A stretch of DNA of 55,529 nucleotides from Bdellovibrionales bacterium (GTDB lineage: Bacteria; Bdellovibrionota; Bdellovibrionia; Bdellovibrionales; JAMPXM01): contig JAYUEN010000101.1 in NCBI GenBank assembly GCA_043739185.1, positions 1 through 55,529 on the forward strand, read 5' to 3'. The notes below the pieces were generated by a model. The model saw nothing but the letters and a program-made list of their open reading frames with translations, did not search any database and was not told the origin of the DNA. Of this stretch, positions 39,708 through 50,370 are shown in pieces. Numbering within the stretch: the first letter of the stretch is position 1; each line of letters starts with the position of its first letter. The translations under genes were made by a program, and so were the position numbers.

Positions 39708-41231
39708 TTATCGATTGGTTTTAGGCAAACAAGTTCTTGAAGTAAAGGCTTGATGAAACTGCGTAACGCCAGATGATCGACATTTTTGGTAGTCAGCTTG
39801 TCGATAAGTTTCAAGAACAGCCATCATCTGATTGTGGGTCATATTCCAACCTGACTGCTTAAAATATTTGGAGTTTTCGTCAAAGACTCTCTTATAAAGA
39901 ACATCACTTATACTGTTAAGCGCGTCGAGAGTTTCAATAAATCCTTCCGGCGCATCGGGCGGAATTGATAGACCCGTAAGACCCTTTATCATCGGCCACA
40001 ATTTTGTTTTATGAAGCGGAAAGATAATGTCGTCAATCACAAAGCTCTTAAAGCCCGGACGAATAGTATAATCTAAATCTGACATCCATTTGAATAAACT
40101 CTGTGCCACAGCTTCTCTTAAGCGCGAATCTGAGATCAAGCGATGGTCGCGAAATTCAAGCAAGAGATCAAACCGAGAATCAAGTTCCATATCCGCAGCC
40201 GTTAACATCGGCTCCGGATTGATTCCGGTCTTAGAATAAAGTTGAGTCAACTTTGGATTAGGCGTCGATCGCATTTCAGGAATGATGAATTTGCCATCCG
40301 AAGCTTTGTAATAGCCCCAATAGCTGACCGCCGAACAAGTCATATGTTTGTCATCAGCAAAAGACATCGTATAATCATAGGCGATTTGTTTAGTCGGATC
40401 GGCTTTGCCGGCCTTTGCTTCTCTTGACATAATATCAGCTGCCCTGGCCCCAATCTTTGAATCCTTTGGTCGCAATAAAACAATTCTTGGATTTTCATTT
40501 TTCAATGCATAATCCATTTCAAAGGCCTGCACCCCACTGGGCTGAGTCTGAGCATAAGATTCAATTGTTTCAAGTTTGCCAACTTCATCTTTGTGCACGA
40601 GAACAAAGTGATCAATTTGCCCAGGTTGTGTCGTGATCGATGACAAAATCGCGCTAAAGAAACTCCCTCCGCGGGTTAACATAAGGTCCCCTGACTGAAA
40701 GTTAACATTATCTATTTCAACCTGACCGCTAGGGCCGAGATAACCCTTATAAAAAGCATTATCTACCAAGGGTATTGGCTCATCTTGCATACTATTTTTG
40801 AAATCCGCGACCGCCATCTGAGTATCAGGATAAACTTTAAGCGAAGCTAAATCTTCAATTCCGCGAAGTAGATAAAATAGAGAATACAAATCCGATCGAC
40901 ATGAAAGCAACTGAGGCAATTGTTGATGAATCGCAAGTCGCGCTTGCCAAGTCGTGAGCATCACCTGGCGACTTAATTCTTGCGCCTGATCAGCTGGCAA
41001 AGATTGTAAATCTTCTTCTTTTAGGCTCTGCTGTTTTTTTTGAAAATACTCATGACAGTTTTGTGTGCTGACTCTCCCCGATTCAACTTCGGCCTTCAGC
41101 CCTTTTAATTCATTCAAGAGATCATTTGAGGACTGCGGACTACGCGACTGCTTGATTGAATCAGTGTTTTGATGTGTCGGGCTACTTGCGCACGAAACCA
41201 ATAGTAGACTCGAAAATACGATTTTTTTCAC
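39708..41231 (-). CDS. YiiX/YebB-like permuted NlpC/P60 (papain-like) lipoprotein
   Basis: FQSGDLMLTRG...IDHFVLV (His before Cys)...YDYTMSF...MTCSAV. GTG 41231 start with GGAGG; lipobox LVSC. Confidence 0.8.
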   Translation of the reverse strand: MKKIVFSSLLLVSCASSPTHQNTDSIKQSRSPQSSNDLLNELKGLKAEVESGRVSTQNCHEYFQKKQQSLKEEDLQSLPADQAQELSRQVMLTTWQARLAIHQQLPQLLSCRSDLYSLFYLLRGIEDLASLKVYPDTQMAVADFKNSMQDEPIPLVDNAFYKGYLGPSGQVEIDNVNFQSGDLMLTRGGSFFSAILSSITTQPGQIDHFVLVHKDEVGKLETIESYAQTQPSGVQAFEMDYALKNENPRIVLLRPKDSKIGARAADIMSREAKAGKADPTKQIAYDYTMSFADDKHMTCSAVSYWGYYKASDGKFIIPEMRSTPNPKLTQLYSKTGINPEPMLTAADMELDSRFDLLLEFRDHRLISDSRLREAVAQSLFKWMSDLDYTIRPGFKSFVIDDIIFPLHKTKLWPMIKGLTGLSIPPDAPEGFIETLDALNSISDVLYKRVFDENSKYFKQSGWNMTHNQMMAVLETYRQADYQKCRSSGVTQFHQAFTSRTCLPKTNR

Positions 41232-41317
41232 GAAGGCCTCCAATGATAACTACTTCTTCAAAGTCTATCACTCGAGGCTTTTTTAACAATTGGCTATGGT
41301 CTAGAAAGCGCGGTCAA

Positions 41318-41797
41318 TTAAACGCCAGTATGTCCGAAGCCACCGGCACCACGCGCAGAAACACTTAGGTCTTGAGTCAAAACAAAATTCGCTTGAAGAA
41401 CTGGGCAGAAGACAAGTTGGGCAATACGATCTTGATCCTTAATTTCAATGAGCTCTTCACCTAAGTTGATAATAATGATTTTCACTTCACCACGATAGTC
41501 TGCATCAATGGTACCTGGAGTATTGAGCAAGGTGAGCCCTTGCTTTATTGCAAGCCCACTGCGCGGTCTAGCTTGAATCTCAAAACCTGCTTCCATTTCA
41601 AAACTCAAACCTGTCGGCACCAAAACCCGCTGCATGGGTTTTAAAAAAATGCTCTCAGACAACTGCGCTCTGACATCAAAGCCACTCGAAAGTGGAGTTT
41701 GATACTGCGGCAACTCACCTTTAAAGTTTTCAAGTTTTTTTACTAAAAGTTGAGGTTTCTGAACTTGAGCCAACGTCTTATTTATTTCGATTTGCAT
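41318..41797 (-). CDS. dut: dUTP diphosphatase
   Basis: SSGFD, RPRSGLA, NTPGTIDADYRGE, RIAQLV, RGAGGFGHTG. Confidence 0.97.
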   Translation of the reverse strand: MQIEINKTLAQVQKPQLLVKKLENFKGELPQYQTPLSSGFDVRAQLSESIFLKPMQRVLVPTGLSFEMEAGFEIQARPRSGLAIKQGLTLLNTPGTIDADYRGEVKIIIINLGEELIEIKDQDRIAQLVFCPVLQANFVLTQDLSVSARGAGGFGHTGV

Positions 41798-41799
41798 AT

Positions 41800-43158
41800 T
41801 TAAATCTCCTTCTTCATAATTGAAAAAAGTGCCTTTGCTTGCTTCTTATCAACTGGGCCCATAACCATCAAACTCAAATCTTTGAGATCAAAAAATTTCT
41901 CTAGATAGCGCGCGATTGATTTCAGACTCACTTGATTTATTTCTTTTAGCACCTGCTCAACAGAGCGATATTTGCCAAAGACCATTTCATTAACGCCGAG
42001 TGAATTCATGCGATTTTCGATATCATCTGCACCCAAAAGAATTTGACCGAGTACTTGGGTCTTAAATAGTTCGAGGTCTTTCTTTTGAATTCCGGTCTTT
42101 GCAATTTTCTTCATTTCTTTCAAAGTTAGTTTCAAAACATCAGAGGCATGTTTAAACTCGGTCCCAGAATAAATCATGATCGAACCAATATCGCAAAAAC
42201 TATTCATCTGAGAATAGATGGTATATACCAAACCCTTTTCTTCGCGAATTTTTTGATAAAGTCTTGAAGTCATACCGCCGCCAATCAATGCATTGACGAT
42301 ATAGGCTTCAAATCTCAATTCATCCCTAAAATGTGCAGCGGGAAGTCCGAGCAAAATATGCACTTGCTCCGAGGGCTTTTGAATGAACTTTCGAAAGCTC
42401 TGATTTTTTGGAGGATTTTTTTTAATCTGAGGCTTGTCTGACAATAAAAGCAAATTTTTGGGTAGCTTATTCCGTTTAGGAACCAAACTTTCGGAGACCA
42501 GCTTGACCACACTTTCGTGATCCACTCCTCCGGCAACACTGACTACAATTTGAGAACTCGAATAGTGTTTTTCATAATATTCTTGAACATCTTTTAGCGT
42601 GATTTGAGCAATCGACTTTGGTGTTCCTAAAATCGGCCGCCCGAGAGGATGAGAGCCAAAAATATTTTCAAAATATTCATCAAAAACAAGATCCTCTAAA
42701 TTGTCTTCTGACATATGGATCTCTTGCAGAACCACTTGCTTTTCTTTTTCAAAATCAACTTTATCAAAACGCGCGCGACAAACGAGATCAGACAAAACAT
42801 CAATTGAAAGACCCAAATGCTCAGTTAAACTGTGAGTATAAAAACAAGTATACTCTCTTGAGGTGAAGGCATTGAGTTCGCCGCCAACGGCCTCCATATC
42901 ACGTGCAATTTCAAACGCGTTGCGATTTTCGGTACGCTTAAAAACCAAATGTTCGACAAAATGAGAAACCCCTGCAATGTCGGGTGTTTCATCACGGGTT
43001 CCTACCATGACCCAAACTCCGACGACCACGCCACGCGCGTGCGCATGCTGTTCAGTCACGACACGCACACCATTTTTCAAAAGCGTTTTCTTATAAATCG
43101 GAGCAATCTCAGGCATGGCCTGAGATTTTTTACGACGGGATGCAGTTTTTGGCATCAC
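41800..43158 (-). CDS. M16 family zinc peptidase
   Basis: HFVEH (HxxEH), NAFTSRE, SRLYQKIREEKGLVY; conserved pnp-M16-dut context. Confidence 0.93.
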   Translation of the reverse strand: MMPKTASRRKKSQAMPEIAPIYKKTLLKNGVRVVTEQHAHARGVVVGVWVMVGTRDETPDIAGVSHFVEHLVFKRTENRNAFEIARDMEAVGGELNAFTSREYTCFYTHSLTEHLGLSIDVLSDLVCRARFDKVDFEKEKQVVLQEIHMSEDNLEDLVFDEYFENIFGSHPLGRPILGTPKSIAQITLKDVQEYYEKHYSSSQIVVSVAGGVDHESVVKLVSESLVPKRNKLPKNLLLLSDKPQIKKNPPKNQSFRKFIQKPSEQVHILLGLPAAHFRDELRFEAYIVNALIGGGMTSRLYQKIREEKGLVYTIYSQMNSFCDIGSIMIYSGTEFKHASDVLKLTLKEMKKIAKTGIQKKDLELFKTQVLGQILLGADDIENRMNSLGVNEMVFGKYRSVEQVLKEINQVSLKSIARYLEKFFDLKDLSLMVMGPVDKKQAKALFSIMKKEI

Positions 43159-43180
43159 TCATGCTCCTTTTGAGGGATTT

Positions 43181-45313
43181 TTAGTTGTGTTGCCCTTGAG
43201 GAGCATCTAGTAAAGCTTTGCGAGACAATTTGATGCGTCCAGCGCGATCAATATCTAGCACCTTTACATCAATGCGATCGCCTTCTTTGAGAACATCCGT
43301 CACATTTCGAACTCGTTCGTGCGAAATTTCAGAAATATGTAGAAGCCCTTGGTTATTTGGGAAGATCTCAACAAAAGCGCCAAAGTCCATAATTTTCACA
43401 ACCCGACCATTGTAGGTTTTGCCAAGCTCGGCTTCGGCACAAATAGCGTTGATGATTTCAATCGCCTTTTTGCTCATGAGAGGGTCTGAGCTTGCGATAT
43501 GAATTGTACCATCATCTTCGATATCAATCTTAACACCGGTCTCTTCAATGATGCTCTTAATTACTTTACCGCCAGCACCAATGACTTCACGAACTTTCTC
43601 TGGGCGAATTTTCAAGGTTTCAATTCTTGGAGCAAACTCTGAAATTTCTCCACGCGGAGACTTAATCGCCTTTTCCATTTCGCCTAAGATATGAATGCGG
43701 CCGTCTTTTGCTTGAAAGAGGGCTTTCTCCATAATGTCGAAACTTATTGAATCAATTTTAATATCCATCTGAACACTGGTGATACCCTCACGAGTACCTG
43801 CAACTTTAAAATCCATATCTCCGAGGTGATCTTCATCACCTAAAATATCAGATAAAATAGCAACCTTATCGCCTTCTTTGATCAAACCCATTGCTATCCC
43901 AGCAACATTTCCTTTTATAGGAACGCCAGCATCGAGAAGAGCCATAGTCCCTGAACAAACTGTTCCCATTGAACTTGAACCATTGGACTCAAGAACTTCA
44001 GACACAATTCGAACTGTATAAGGAAATTTTTCGAAATCAGGGATCACAGGTTTCAAAGCGCGCTCTGCCAAATTTCCGTGACCAAGTTCGCGTCTGCTTT
44101 GTCCGCCCATTCGACCGGTTTCACCCACTGAAAATGGAGGAAAATTATAATGAAGCAAAAATTTCCTTTTTACCGTGCCGCCAAGAGCATCAATCATTTG
44201 CTCATCGTCGCCAGTACCAAGCGTAACAGTACCAAGAACTTGCGTTTCTCCGCGTGTAAACAAAGCCGAACCATGAGCACGAGGAAGGATCGCAGCCTCA
44301 CAAAGAATCGGACGAACTGTCGTAGTATTTCGACCATCAATACGAACTTTATCATCAAGGATCATGAATCTTGCAACTTTGTACTTCACGCCTTCAGCTA
44401 GAAATTCAAGATTCTTTTTCATTTTTGCAAGATCAGACTCAGGTACGCCGGTCAAAAACTTAGCAGCAGCTTCTTTTACCGCAGCTCCTGCAGTTTCATA
44501 ACGTTTTTGTTTTTCTTGAATCGAAAGTGCTGCTTTAATTTTTGGTGTCAAAAAGTCTTCGACTTGTTTTTTGAAAGTTTCGTCAATCGCTGCAGGTGTA
44601 AAAGTACGTTTTACTTTACTGCCAGTTTTCTTGCGTAGTTCATCTTGGGCATCAAATGCAACACCTAAGGCCTTGTGGCCAAACTTAAGCGCTTCGAGTG
44701 CTTCTGCTTCTGAAATAAATTTTGCTTCGCCTTCGACCATCAAGATACCATTGCGTGTTCCTGCAATAGTAATATCCATATCGCACTCATCAAGTTGAGC
44801 TGGAGATGGGTTCACCATGAACTGTCCGTTCAAGCGGCCTACTTGTACCGCTGCCGTCGGACCATTGAATGGCAAATCACTGATGTGCATCGCTGCACTC
44901 GCACCAAGGCTCGCTAAAATTTCAAGCGGAAAGCTACCATCATAACTGAGTACCGTCGCAACTACTTGCGTTTCGGTATTATAGCCCTCTGGAAAGCTCG
45001 GTCGAATCGGTCGATCAATCAAACGCGCAGTCAATGTCGCATTGGTGGTCGGACGACCTTCGCGCTTAAAATATCCACCAGGAATTTTACCAGTAGCATA
45101 AAATTTCTCTTGATACTCAACGGTGAGCGGAAAGAAATCTGCTGTTGATTCTTTTCTCGAACCTACAACTGTTACAAGTACCATATTATTTGCTTGAGTA
45201 ACCAAAACCGCACCGTCTGCTTGCTTTGCAAGGCGACCGGTTTCAAGTGTGACGGTTTTGTTACCGAATTGAAAACTGACAATTTGTTTATTGAACTTCA
45301 ATGTGGATTCCAT
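43181..45313 (-). CDS. pnp: Polyribonucleotide nucleotidyltransferase
   Basis: FFPLTVEYQE, ARLIDRPIRP, ESNGSSSM, EDHLGDMDFKVAG, KH and S1 domains. Confidence 0.99.
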   Translation of the reverse strand: MESTLKFNKQIVSFQFGNKTVTLETGRLAKQADGAVLVTQANNMVLVTVVGSRKESTADFFPLTVEYQEKFYATGKIPGGYFKREGRPTTNATLTARLIDRPIRPSFPEGYNTETQVVATVLSYDGSFPLEILASLGASAAMHISDLPFNGPTAAVQVGRLNGQFMVNPSPAQLDECDMDITIAGTRNGILMVEGEAKFISEAEALEALKFGHKALGVAFDAQDELRKKTGSKVKRTFTPAAIDETFKKQVEDFLTPKIKAALSIQEKQKRYETAGAAVKEAAAKFLTGVPESDLAKMKKNLEFLAEGVKYKVARFMILDDKVRIDGRNTTTVRPILCEAAILPRAHGSALFTRGETQVLGTVTLGTGDDEQMIDALGGTVKRKFLLHYNFPPFSVGETGRMGGQSRRELGHGNLAERALKPVIPDFEKFPYTVRIVSEVLESNGSSSMGTVCSGTMALLDAGVPIKGNVAGIAMGLIKEGDKVAILSDILGDEDHLGDMDFKVAGTREGITSVQMDIKIDSISFDIMEKALFQAKDGRIHILGEMEKAIKSPRGEISEFAPRIETLKIRPEKVREVIGAGGKVIKSIIEETGVKIDIEDDGTIHIASSDPLMSKKAIEIINAICAEAELGKTYNGRVVKIMDFGAFVEIFPNNQGLLHISEISHERVRNVTDVLKEGDRIDVKVLDIDRAGRIKLSRKALLDAPQGQHN

Positions 45314-45397
45314 TTTTTTCTCCTAAGAAACTGCAATTGTTGAGATCATGAATAGACGGATGCCGCTTAAAAATATTTCAAGCGGCCGAACTGAGAA

Positions 45398-45667
45398 TTA
45401 CTTACGTAATTCAAGATCCGCGATCAATTTTGTATAAGTTTCTGGAGAAGTCGTGCGCAAATAGTTTAATAATTTTTTTCTGCGATTAACCATTTTGATA
45501 AGACCTTGACGAGAATGATGATCTTTTTTGTGACTCTTAAAATGCTCAGTCAAATCTTTAATACGAAAAGTAAGAAGAGCAACTTGCACTTCTGAGCTTC
45601 CAGTATCCATTTTTTCTCTTTGAAATTTTTGAATAACTTGTTCTTTTTGATACGAAAATAACGCCAT
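45398..45667 (-). CDS. rpsO: 30S ribosomal protein S15
   Basis: DTGSSEVQVALLT...KDHHSRQGL; start ATG 45667 with SD AAGGAGG. Confidence 0.98.
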   Translation of the reverse strand: MALFSYQKEQVIQKFQREKMDTGSSEVQVALLTFRIKDLTEHFKSHKKDHHSRQGLIKMVNRRKKLLNYLRTTSPETYTKLIADLELRK

Positions 45668-45942
45668 TTTATCCTCCTTGGGCTTTGTCACCCAAAAAAA
45701 TAGAAACAAAACTTAAATTTAAGCTTTGTACCCAGAGATCCAAACAACTGGATTCTGAGGCCCTACCCCTGCCTGGCGCCATGGCTGTCGCACTTCAGGA
45801 GAAAAGACAATTTGACGGCCAAGTTACTAAGGCTCGCCATCTGATTCAAGTACTTTATTTGGCTCAGCGTCGTTTTAAACCGAGTTCTGCTGAGGGATCA
45901 CCTTGATCTCTCTACACTCAAGGCTGGTATATGGCGCCTAGT

Positions 45943-46863
45943 TTAGCTAGTTTGAAAAACCCGCCGAATTTTATAAAATTCACCTGGTTTAGCAGCTAAA
46001 ATTGCCAAGAGATCTTTGGTCTCTTGATTGATTAACTTAACTAAGGGAAGACTTTCGGTAATTTTAATACCTATAAGCAACTCGGCCTGTACATTGTTTG
46101 ATATTTGCCCGTTTCGAATCATTTGAATATCGCGGCCCTGTAGGCGCAACTCTCTAAAGCTAGGCAAACAGCGATTCAACTCGACCCATGCTGCTCCCAA
46201 TGTAGCGCCTAACGACAATTGTGATTCAATGGCCTCTAAACTCAGGCTGTCCGACACAATATAAGGAGCCGAGATGATTCTCTCAAGCCCTGAAAGGGCA
46301 GCTCCACAACCCAAGAGCTCACCTAATTCATGCACCCATGCTCGGATATAGCTACCTTTTGAACAATGAATTTCAAAACCAGCTGTCGATCCTTCAAAGC
46401 TCAGTTGCTTCAAGTCAAAGAACTTCATTATGCGCCTAGGACACACCACTTCGACATCCTTACGGGCATAATCATAAAGTCTTCGTCCCTCAACCTTTAC
46501 CGCTGAGTATTTTGGAATTTCAAGCTCCACCTCGCCAGTCAATTTTAAAACGGCAGCGGAAAGCTCTTCTTTAGAAAAACAAACAGGTTTTTCGCTCAAA
46601 ATCTGACCGGTAATATCTAATGAATCTGTGGTGATGCCAAACTTCACTTGTGCGCGATAAGCTTTATCACCATTTAAAATATAATCTGAAAGCTTGGTTG
46701 CTTCGCCAATTAGTAAGACCATGAGTCCTGAGGCCATAGGATCGAGTGTGCCTGCGTGTCCGATATCTTTTCGTTTCAAGAGACGTCGAGCGCGTGCCAC
46801 CACATCATGGCTGGTCATTCCAGAGGATTTATTGACGAGAAGCAGGCCGCCCAATGAATTCAT
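45943..46863 (-). CDS. truB: tRNA pseudouridine(55) synthase
   Basis: GMTSHDVV, GHAGTLDP, YSAVKVEG, CSKGSYIR. Confidence 0.97.
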   Translation of the reverse strand: MNSLGGLLLVNKSSGMTSHDVVARARRLLKRKDIGHAGTLDPMASGLMVLLIGEATKLSDYILNGDKAYRAQVKFGITTDSLDITGQILSEKPVCFSKEELSAAVLKLTGEVELEIPKYSAVKVEGRRLYDYARKDVEVVCPRRIMKFFDLKQLSFEGSTAGFEIHCSKGSYIRAWVHELGELLGCGAALSGLERIISAPYIVSDSLSLEAIESQLSLGATLGAAWVELNRCLPSFRELRLQGRDIQMIRNGQISNNVQAELLIGIKITESLPLVKLINQETKDLLAILAAKPGEFYKIRRVFQTS

Positions 46864-47282
46864 CGACTTAAAATATCGTTTGTTGAAAGTTTTGCAGATG
46901 CGTCTTGAGGTTTCTTGGCATTTTGCTGGCTGATTTCAAATAATATTTTTTCAACTTTCAAAACTTTCTCGAGTGATTTATCTAAGAAAAACTTAACCTT
47001 TGGGCAATAACGAATAGGCAAAGCTTTGGCGATTTGTTTTTGTACTTCAAATGCATATTTATTTAGAACTTCAAGTGCCGCCTCTTGCTCAGCTTCACTA
47101 CCAAGAACGCTGACATTGATGCGCGCACTTCTTAAATCACTGGTCACCGATACTCGAGAAATAGTTGTAATTGCATGAAGCTCGCCATGAAAGCCGCCAA
47201 CCAAATGAAGGCCCACAATTTCCCGAATTTCTTTTTCAACCCTCAATACTCGTCGATTTTTAGTTGGCATTTCATCTGTCAT
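46860..47282 (-). CDS. rbfA: Ribosome-binding factor A
   Basis: RVEKEI, TISRVSVTSDLRSARI, RYCPKVKFFLD; infB-rbfA-truB order. Confidence 0.93.
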   Translation of the reverse strand: MTDEMPTKNRRVLRVEKEIREIVGLHLVGGFHGELHAITTISRVSVTSDLRSARINVSVLGSEAEQEAALEVLNKYAFEVQKQIAKALPIRYCPKVKFFLDKSLEKVLKVEKILFEISQQNAKKPQDASAKLSTNDILSR

Positions 47283-47295
47283 AAAAAGCTTCCTC

Positions 47296-47416
47296 CGGGC
47301 TCAAGATTTTAAGTCAAATCAAGGCGCTCTGACCGAGGCGACTGAGCCGTAGTAATCTACGGCGCAGGGAGACCGAGGAAAGAGCAACGCCGAGTTGACT
47401 TAAAAGCGTGAGCCCG
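47296..47416. repeat. Third copy of the ERIC/RPE-like palindromic element, with different terminal stems
   Basis: Shares CGACTGAGCCGTAGTAATCTACGGCGCA (28 nt) with the 36.5-kb copies; ends CGGGCTCA..TTTTAAGTCAA / TTGACTTAAAA..TGAGCCCG; 121 nt. Confidence 0.88.
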
Positions 47417-47419
47417 CCC

Positions 47420-50362
47420 CTAAATCTCGCGGCTGATTGATTCTTGGGTGAATGCCTCGATTACGTCGCCAACTTTGAGATCGTTATAATTCTCGATCCC
47501 AATACCGCACTCATAACCCGAAGCCACTTCTTTCGCGTCATCTTTGAAACGCTTAAGACTTGTGAGCTTACCTGTATAGATGATTTTACCTTCACGTACC
47601 AAGCGCAATTGTGACTGCCTGGTAATTTTACCATCCACCACTGCACATCCTGCAATTGTTCCAAGCTTTGGAACTGAGAAAATATTGCGAACTTCGGCAC
47701 GACCCAATTGTTTTTCGATAATATCTGGAGTGAGCATCCCTGAAAGGGCCTTTTTCATATCATCCATAAGTTCGTAAACGATTGAGTAGGTTTTGATTTC
47801 AATGCCATGCTGTTTGGCAAGTTGGCTTGCTCCACCGTCAGGGCGAACGTTGAAACCAACGATCAAACCTTTAGATGTTTGCGCTAATAAAACGTCTGAT
47901 TCATTGATTCCGCCAACGGCTGCATGAATAATTTTCAATTTCACTTCGCTGGTACCAATTTTCTCAAACATTCCTTTGATAGCTTCAACTGAGCCTGCCA
48001 CATCGGTCTTAAGAACTATCGTAAGTTCCTTAAGTTCTTTGTTTTGCATTTTAGAAAAAATATCTTCGAGCGAAACCTTCGGCCCTACATTATTTAATTT
48101 TGCAAATTGAGCTTTTCGAGTCGCTGCAACCTCTTGAGCGGCGGATTCACTTTCTGTTATATCAAAGCGATCTCCGGCCATTGGAGTATCCGAAAGACCC
48201 AATACTTCAACTGGCACACTTGGGCCAGCTTCTGTGACTCTTTCGCCCTTATCATTGATCAAAGATCTCACGCGGCCAGATACTGTGCCGACCACGAAAT
48301 ATTGACCAACTTTTAAAGTCCCGTCTTGCACTAACAAAGTGGCGACCGGGCCCCGGCCCTTATCGACTCGACTTTCAATTACCACACCCGTAGCTGAGCG
48401 CTTTGGATTGGCTTTAAGATCTTCCATCTCGGCAGTTAAATAAATTTGCTCTAGGAGCTCGCTAATACCGGTTTTTTTCAATGCAGAAACTGGGCAAAAT
48501 ATTGTGGTTCCGCCCCATTCTTCAGGCACCAATTCAAATTCAGTCATTTGCTGTTTGATTTTCTCAACATTGGCGTTGGGACGATCCATCTTATTAATGG
48601 CAACTATGATTGGAACTTTCGCAGCTTTTGCGTGATTAATTGCTTCTGCTGTTTGCGGCATTACGCCATCATCAGCTGCGACTACAATAACAACGATGTC
48701 TGTGGCATTCGCACCACGAGCACGCATGGCTGTGAAAGCTTCATGGCCGGGAGTATCGATAAAAGTAATGACGTGGCCGTGCTCAGTCGTCACACGATAA
48801 GCACCGATGTGCTGAGTGATCCCACCGGCTTCTCTTGAGGCGACATCGGCTTTACGAATCGCATCTAAAAGTGAAGTTTTGCCATGATCGACGTGACCCA
48901 TGACGGTCACCACAGGTGAACGTAAAACATGCTCTGCATCCATTTCACCATATGCAGTATCTGCTAACATTTCATCTACGGTTTGATGTACATTGATTGC
49001 TTCAAAATTAAATTCAGGAACCAAGAGAGAAATGGTGTCAAAATCAAGCTCGGTATTCATCGAAGCGGTCACACCATTTGTCATAAGTGATTTTGTCAAT
49101 TGAGCAGCTTTTACGCCCATTTCTTGGGCCAAATCTGCAACTGACATCGTCTGATTCACTTTTACAACTCGCTTAGAGGCCTTAGCTGTTGTGATTTCAG
49201 TGCGGCGCGATTCACGGTTGAGAAGACCCTTTTTCTTTTTTGGTTGAAATACCATCTCTCGTTTACGAAATTCAGTTTGTGAAAAAGTCGCAACCTCTTC
49301 TTCACGCTCGCGAACCGAAGGTGCAGGTCCGCCGCCGAGAAGGCCAATTTTTTTCTTAGCATTTTTGTCGTCAAACTTTTTGCGAGACTCTAATGAATCA
49401 ATATCCTCAAAGGGAACCGGCGAGGCGGCGGCTACGAATCCAGTTCGCAATGCTCGTTGACCAACTGGCGCCCGTGAATTTCCGCTGCCGGGAGGACCAG
49501 ATTGATTTTGTCCGGGTCGCTGCTGCTGTTGCGTCCCTTGTGGTCCACCCTGAACACGGCCTAGATCCATGCGTCCAACAATATTTCTCTTTGGCGCTTC
49601 AGACTTGATGCCGCTCGAGGGGCCACTTCCCGTCATAACTATTTCACGCTTACGAGCAACTCCGGGGGGTGCTTTCTTTTCTTCTTCAATGATATTTGGT
49701 TTTGCCACTTCAACTACTGGCGCTACAGTCTCAATAATAGGTGCCACTTCTGCTGGTACTGCAATCGTTGGCGCTGGCTCTAAATTTACTTTTGTTTCGA
49801 TATTTTCGTGTTGTGGAGTCTCGACTTCTACGATTTCTTCTGTGGCCGAATCGGCTTTCAAATTTGCAGTCGCAGTTGCCGCCAACTCAATCTCATCCGC
49901 TTTTTTTCGAATGACGGTTTTGGCAGAAGATTTCTTGAGCGCCGAACTTTCAGCGGGTTTTGCCGCTGTGGCTTTATCTGTCGAAGCTGCTTTGATGGTA
50001 ATTTTATTTGCAGGGCTGGCGGCAGGCGCAGGTTTTGCGGCTGCTGCTTTTGCAACTGCTGACTTTGTAGTTGTTTTAGCTACTGTCTTACCAGCTGCAG
50101 ATTTTGCCGAGGTTTTTTTTGTTGGCTTTTCTTCAGATTCGTCCGAAGCTTTCGCTGCAACTTTTTTTGCAACTTTCTTTTTGGCATCTTTTTTAGTAGC
50201 CGTTTCCGCTTCTAACTTTTCTTTGATGGCAGCTAGTAAATCGGGCTCAAGTTCGGCCATATGACTACGAACCGGCAACTTCCACTCACGAATCTTATCC
50301 ATGAGCGTAAGTGTTTCCATCCCAATTTCTTTTGCAAATTCAAAAACCTTAAGTTGACTCAC
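47420..50362 (-). CDS. infB: Translation initiation factor IF-2
   Basis: [30 protein letters not shown]; long Lys/Ala-rich N-terminus. Confidence 0.99.
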   Translation of the reverse strand: MSQLKVFEFAKEIGMETLTLMDKIREWKLPVRSHMAELEPDLLAAIKEKLEAETATKKDAKKKVAKKVAAKASDESEEKPTKKTSAKSAAGKTVAKTTTKSAVAKAAAAKPAPAASPANKITIKAASTDKATAAKPAESSALKKSSAKTVIRKKADEIELAATATANLKADSATEEIVEVETPQHENIETKVNLEPAPTIAVPAEVAPIIETVAPVVEVAKPNIIEEEKKAPPGVARKREIVMTGSGPSSGIKSEAPKRNIVGRMDLGRVQGGPQGTQQQQRPGQNQSGPPGSGNSRAPVGQRALRTGFVAAASPVPFEDIDSLESRKKFDDKNAKKKIGLLGGGPAPSVREREEEVATFSQTEFRKREMVFQPKKKKGLLNRESRRTEITTAKASKRVVKVNQTMSVADLAQEMGVKAAQLTKSLMTNGVTASMNTELDFDTISLLVPEFNFEAINVHQTVDEMLADTAYGEMDAEHVLRSPVVTVMGHVDHGKTSLLDAIRKADVASREAGGITQHIGAYRVTTEHGHVITFIDTPGHEAFTAMRARGANATDIVVIVVAADDGVMPQTAEAINHAKAAKVPIIVAINKMDRPNANVEKIKQQMTEFELVPEEWGGTTIFCPVSALKKTGISELLEQIYLTAEMEDLKANPKRSATGVVIESRVDKGRGPVATLLVQDGTLKVGQYFVVGTVSGRVRSLINDKGERVTEAGPSVPVEVLGLSDTPMAGDRFDITESESAAQEVAATRKAQFAKLNNVGPKVSLEDIFSKMQNKELKELTIVLKTDVAGSVEAIKGMFEKIGTSEVKLKIIHAAVGGINESDVLLAQTSKGLIVGFNVRPDGGASQLAKQHGIEIKTYSIVYELMDDMKKALSGMLTPDIIEKQLGRAEVRNIFSVPKLGTIAGCAVVDGKITRQSQLRLVREGKIIYTGKLTSLKRFKDDAKEVASGYECGIGIENYNDLKVGDVIEAFTQESISREI

Positions 50363-50370
50363 AGTTTTTG

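Noticed and set aside
47344..47365. Group II intron domain V (GAGCCGTA...TACGG resemblance)
   Set aside because: Hairpin is too short, lacks the GNRA-capped upper stem and AC bulge; no other intron domains or RT gene.
49569..50264. 231-aa plus-strand ORF
   Set aside because: Antisense shadow of the low-complexity IF-2 N-terminus.
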